Shown: piece by piece, positions 25,682 to 29,415 of the stretch
Layout of the letters: the number at the start of each line of letters is the position of its first letter
Numbering within the stretch: the first letter of the stretch is position 1
Notes under the pieces: model-generated
What the model was told of the DNA's origin: nothing
What the model saw: only the letters and a program-made list of their open reading frames with translations
Database searches by the model: none
NCBI GenBank assembly: GCA_034658875.1
Contig: JAYEGB010000054.1
Location: 1 to 29,415, forward strand
Direction: 5' to 3'
DNA length: 29,415 nt
Source: Patescibacteria group bacterium
GTDB lineage: Bacteria; Patescibacteriota; Kazan-3B-28; UBA10110
Made by a program: the position numbers and the translations under genes

Positions 25682-27056
25682 TTTTACTTAAAAATTCATT
25701 AATAATAACCGCTCCACCCAAACTTAAGAATAATACAAGCTTGCCTTGTTGCAAAGTCCATAGGTAATGATCGAACATTCCTATAACAATAAGTGACAAC
25801 ACACTTAAGCCCACACCAAAGCTTAAAAATGTTGGGTTTTTTATCATTCCCCTGATTACCATAGCAATAACCCCAAGCCACAAAAGGATAAACAGACCCA
25901 CACCAATCCAACCAAGCTCTGCCAAAATAAGCAACCAAATGTTATGCACCGGTTGATAATCCCAAACTTGGCTTCCAAAATTATAAACCCAACCAGGGAG
26001 ATTAGAATCATATCGCCAACCTATTTCGGTTTCACCCTGCTGAACCAAATAAATAGTATACTGCCCTATCCCAGCACCAGTTAATGGATATTCTCTAGAA
26101 ACTTTCTCCCATTCTTCAAACTGATTAAAACGTTCTACTACCGAATTTCGCTCTATCCCCTCTGCCGTATTAAATCGCGAAGTAATTGCTGGCCAAAAAG
26201 TACTAGAAATAATAATTCCAAACAAAACCAATGCGATAAGTTGAACTAAATTACGCAAACCTAACTTCCAAATAGATAGAATTGTTAAAATCAACAAACT
26301 AAAGCCAGCAACAAGCCACGCCCCCCGCGAAAAGCTAAAAAGTAACGCCAAAGCAACTAGCGCAACCCCAAATGTCCCCAACCAGCTGACTATCTTGTCT
26401 TTAATACCCCAGACACCCGCAAGCAATATTGGTAAAGAAACAGCAACCAGCCCTCCAAAAACATTAGCATGCGACATCGCCCCATGAGAACGAAGCTGTC
26501 TTATGCTATCCACAATCACAACTGGGATACCAATTTTAATAGGGTCTAGTATTTGCTCACCCATAAATGCCCACCCCATTGAATGATTATTAAAGTACTG
26601 TAAAACCCCTAAAATTACCTGTAAACCGACACCAATCCCAAATGGGATCAAAAGTTCTTTCCAAGTTTTTATATGATTAATCAAATATAAATACCAGAAA
26701 TAAAAAAGTGTAAGATGAATAGCGCCAGAAACCGCCGAAACTAAATCGCCAGTCGAATAATAGGCCGCAATTAGCGAAAGCCAAACCCAGACCAGAAAGC
26801 TAGTTAGCGGCCATATGATTATTTTTGGTCCCCAGTTTATTTTATTTTTACCAAAAAGAAGCCAACCAAGTAGCAAAACGACTATTAGAATATCTGTTAG
26901 GTATATGCTAATCGAAGCATATTCAAAAAACTCTCCTCGGTAATGTGTCCAAAGGATTGTGTGCCTAAGTTGCCAAGATAAACTAATTAGTAACAGCCAG
27001 TTTAATATCTGACTTATCCTTGGCCACTGTTTGATCAAGAGTTTCGTTAATGGCAT
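25656..27056 (-). CDS. O-antigen ligase / O-oligosaccharyltransferase family membrane protein
   Basis: Multi-TM; R..G...HANVFG, SFSRGAW, G.G.GQY, PVHN.WL..LAELG. Start uncertain (74-nt overlap with the upstream ORF). Confidence 0.88.
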   Translation of the reverse strand: MPLTKLLIKQWPRISQILNWLLLISLSWQLRHTILWTHYRGEFFEYASISIYLTDILIVVLLLGWLLFGKNKINWGPKIIIWPLTSFLVWVWLSLIAAYYSTGDLVSAVSGAIHLTLFYFWYLYLINHIKTWKELLIPFGIGVGLQVILGVLQYFNNHSMGWAFMGEQILDPIKIGIPVVIVDSIRQLRSHGAMSHANVFGGLVAVSLPILLAGVWGIKDKIVSWLGTFGVALVALALLFSFSRGAWLVAGFSLLILTILSIWKLGLRNLVQLIALVLFGIIISSTFWPAITSRFNTAEGIERNSVVERFNQFEEWEKVSREYPLTGAGIGQYTIYLVQQGETEIGWRYDSNLPGWVYNFGSQVWDYQPVHNIWLLILAELGWIGVGLFILLWLGVIAMVIRGMIKNPTFLSFGVGLSVLSLIVIGMFDHYLWTLQQGKLVLFLSLGGAVIINEFLSKNEHERRES

Positions 27057-27921
27057 CGCGCACGCTTTCTCTTCTATCGTTAAAATGCACCTTAATTATA
27101 TCCCTATTGGTTACCACACTTGAGTTTACCCCAAGCTTTTTGGTATTTCGAATTATAATCTGGCGTTGTTTCCTATATAAATTCTCCTCCAAATTATCTC
27201 CCATACGACTATCTAAAAAATTTTCCAGTAGATTTCTGGCAAAATTTGGTTTTAAAAGTACAAAATCTTTACGAATTCTAGGAGAAATCCAGGCGTTGGG
27301 CAAATTTTCTTTAAACCAACTGTTTTCTTGACGAAATTTTTTATGTTCTCCATCTGGCCAAATTGGCACCAAATCGGCTAACCAGTAACTTAGATAGTAA
27401 TCATCATCAATGGATAGGTTTTTTATATTTTGTGCTCTATCACTCACAAAAAACTCTGGCGAAAATTTATTCCATTTATCTCGGCTTTGTACCCGAATTT
27501 TAAAGATATTCATCAAAACCAGCATCGCCGCTCTAGACGTCCAAATTCGACCAGCTTTTGCAACAACTAATATGTCGATATCGCTATTTCTGCCTGCATT
27601 ATTATAAGAAAGTGTGTTGCTAACATACACCTGAGAGATATATGGAACCCAACTAAAAAGTTTTCGCCATTTTTCGACTGTGCCCCAAAGTAATTTTGCC
27701 CGATCAGTTCTATCGATACGTTCTTTTGCCGACACATCTATACTCACAACATCTTTTTTGCTCTCTAGCAGCAGGTGTTTTGTTACTATTTTATTAATTT
27801 CGTACTCTTGAGCCGATATCTTCCATTGATATCTCCTAATTTCACTTAATTTAAGTGGAAATTTGAACCAGCTAAAAAATTTTACGGGAATTAGGACAGA
27901 TTGCTTGGTGGTTATTTTCAT
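26983..27921 (-). CDS. Pol-beta-like nucleotidyltransferase domain protein
   Basis: VSNTLS..N...SDIDILVV..GRIW.SR motif. Confidence 0.7.
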   Translation of the reverse strand: MKITTKQSVLIPVKFFSWFKFPLKLSEIRRYQWKISAQEYEINKIVTKHLLLESKKDVVSIDVSAKERIDRTDRAKLLWGTVEKWRKLFSWVPYISQVYVSNTLSYNNAGRNSDIDILVVAKAGRIWTSRAAMLVLMNIFKIRVQSRDKWNKFSPEFFVSDRAQNIKNLSIDDDYYLSYWLADLVPIWPDGEHKKFRQENSWFKENLPNAWISPRIRKDFVLLKPNFARNLLENFLDSRMGDNLEENLYRKQRQIIIRNTKKLGVNSSVVTNRDIIKVHFNDRRESVRDAINETLDQTVAKDKSDIKLAVTN

Positions 27922-27996
27922 AAAATAAGTAATTTTACTCTTTAGTATACTTCATTTGGTTATACCCTTAGGCAAAGTATGCTATTTTAGTCTTGT

Positions 27997-28980
27997 ATGA
28001 AAAAGAAAGTATTTAGTGGGATACAACCTAGCGGAACTCTCCACCTCGGGAACTACTTCGGAGCCATAAAACAATGGGTAGAATTGCAAAACACCTACGA
28101 TTGCTTTTTTTGCATTGTAGATTTGCACGCTATCACCAGGCCGCAAAACCCAAAAGAGTTAAAAAAGCAGATTGTTGAAATAGCTACTGTGTATTTGGCA
28201 GCTGGCTTGGACCCAAATAAAGTTACAATGTTTATTCAGTCTACCGTTCCTGCCCACAGCGAGGGAGCTTGGCTCTTAAATAACGTAGCTTACATGGGTG
28301 AACTTTCACGCATGACCCAATACAAAGACAAGAAAGACCAACAGGATAATATTTCTGTCGGGTTATTCGACTACCCAGTACTAATGGCTGCCGATATTTT
28401 GCTTTACGACACTCACATAGTCCCAGTTGGCGAGGACCAAAAACAACATGTTGAATTAGCCCGCGATATAGCCGAGCGCTTTAATAATAAATTTGGTAAA
28501 ACCTTTGAGGTTCCAGAACCTTTAATGGCAAAAAGTGGTGCTAAAATTATGGGGTTGGATGACCCAAGCAAAAAAATGAGCAAATCGGCTTCACCAGCCA
28601 ACTACATTGCCCTAAACGATAGCCCGGAGGTCGCCAAAAACAAAATTATGCGTGCCGTCACCGATTCTGACAGTGAAATCAAATACAACCCCAAAGAAAA
28701 ACCCGCTATCTCTAATTTACTTACCATTTATTCTTTGCTTACCGATATTCCAATAATCGAATTGGAAGAAAAATACAAAGGCATGGGCTATGCTGAATTT
28801 AAAAAAGATCTAGCCGAGGAAACCGCAAAGTTTTTGAGTGGTTTTCAGCAAAAAATGCTACAAGTCACCAGCAAACCCAACGAGCTTCTTGCCCTACTAC
28901 AAATGGGCCAGGACACCGCCAATAAAGTCGCTTCTCAAAAAATAAAAGAGATGCAAGAAAAAATGGGACTAGGGCTTTAG
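27997..28980 (+). CDS. trpS: Tryptophanyl-tRNA synthetase
   Basis: SGIQPSG.LHLGNY, DLHAIT, YPVLMAADIL, VGEDQKQH, KMSKS. Confidence 0.98.
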   Translation: MKKKVFSGIQPSGTLHLGNYFGAIKQWVELQNTYDCFFCIVDLHAITRPQNPKELKKQIVEIATVYLAAGLDPNKVTMFIQSTVPAHSEGAWLLNNVAYMGELSRMTQYKDKKDQQDNISVGLFDYPVLMAADILLYDTHIVPVGEDQKQHVELARDIAERFNNKFGKTFEVPEPLMAKSGAKIMGLDDPSKKMSKSASPANYIALNDSPEVAKNKIMRAVTDSDSEIKYNPKEKPAISNLLTIYSLLTDIPIIELEEKYKGMGYAEFKKDLAEETAKFLSGFQQKMLQVTSKPNELLALLQMGQDTANKVASQKIKEMQEKMGLGL

Positions 28981-28984
28981 CTTC

Positions 28985-29200
28985 GATACTTTTTTAAAAA
29001 AGTATCACAAAAAACTTCTTGCAGTCGCTTTCGTCCCAACGGGACCCCTTCGGGGCTATTCATATCAAAAAATCTCCTTACTGCTTTCGCCCTAAACGAC
29101 GGGCTTCGCAACGGAGATTTTATAAATTCAGTACATTCAAGCTCCAATGCAAGGGTTCAGTTGATAATAAGACATGGCATGTCCTTGCTTATTACCCCTA
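28985..29200. other. Dense cluster of palindromes of unknown function
   Basis: 22-bp perfect palindrome GATACTTTTTTAAAAAAGTATC; GTCCC-AAC-GGGAC; CCC-TTCG-GGG; AAAATCTCC..GGAGATTTT; GACAT-GGC-ATGTC. Confidence 0.55.
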
Positions 29201-29292
29201 TAGCAAAACCTGTCTATCTGATAAAATCTAGTCGGTTGGTTTCGCATTCTTAACGACCAACCAATTCATTTAGTCCTCCAGAAAGGAGAAAA

Positions 29293-29358
29293 ATGGACTT
29301 TCTGGAGACCATTCTCGTATTTCTTATCTTGCGAGAATTAAATAAACTTATCAGATAA
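29293..29358 (+). CDS. 21-aa hydrophobic/cationic peptide MDFLETILVFLILRELNKLIR, type I toxin-like
   Basis: SD AAAGGAG 5 nt before ATG; SD and start sit in a hairpin; terminator directly after the stop. Not in the supplied ORF track. Confidence 0.6.
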   Translation: MDFLETILVFLILRELNKLIR

Positions 29359-29362
29359 AGAA

Positions 29363-29383
29363 AAAACCCCTAAAAGGGGTTTT
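29363..29383 (+). terminator. Intrinsic terminator, possibly bidirectional
   Basis: AAAACCCC-TAAAA-GGGGTTTT. Confidence 0.75.
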
Positions 29384-29396
29384 GTATATATTTTTG

Positions 29397-29415
29397 AACG
29401 GCTCATTTATGAGCC
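29397..29415. repeat. AACGGCTCA palindrome, copy 5, cut by the window edge
   Basis: AACGGCTCAT-TT-ATGAGCC... Confidence 0.8.

Noticed and set aside
29019-29231. 70-aa ORF after trpS
   Set aside because: No SD, runs across the palindrome cluster, and has no protein-like features.
1257-29415. CRISPR interpretation of the palindromic repeats
   Set aside because: Copies are kilobases apart, not regularly spaced, and no cas genes are present.

Overview
29.4 kb chromosomal window from a bacterium that looks like Patescibacteria (CPR). This is inferred from the compact gene set and the long charged tails on S6, L19 and NusA; translation fits code 11, with TGA as a stop. Most of it is housekeeping: rpsF-ssb-rpsR-efp-ychF, mpg, a PIN/TRAM gene, clpC, nusA, yraN, rnhB, rplS, dnaE, leuS, a beta-CASP nuclease, trpS, tRNA-Ser(GGA) and tRNA-Ala(GGC). 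There are also several envelope genes and orphans, including a lipoprotein alpha/beta-hydrolase with a beta-propeller. No integrase, transposase, CRISPR array or rRNA is evident. The unusual signal is mostly non-coding. (1) A 199-bp gene-less structured element sits between tRNA-Ser and a 17-bp copy of its 3' end, and carries a 16-nt stretch complementary to the tRNA T-arm. (2) A dispersed AACGGCTCA..TGAGCCGTT palindrome family has 3 complete copies, 1 cut by the window edge and 1 half copy. (3) An unannotated 21-aa ORF has a type I toxin-like layout. (4) tRNA-Ala has a compensatory A19-U56 elbow pair. (5) There are candidate autoregulatory leaders for rpsF and nusA. All calls are by eye from sequence motifs; no database searches were run.
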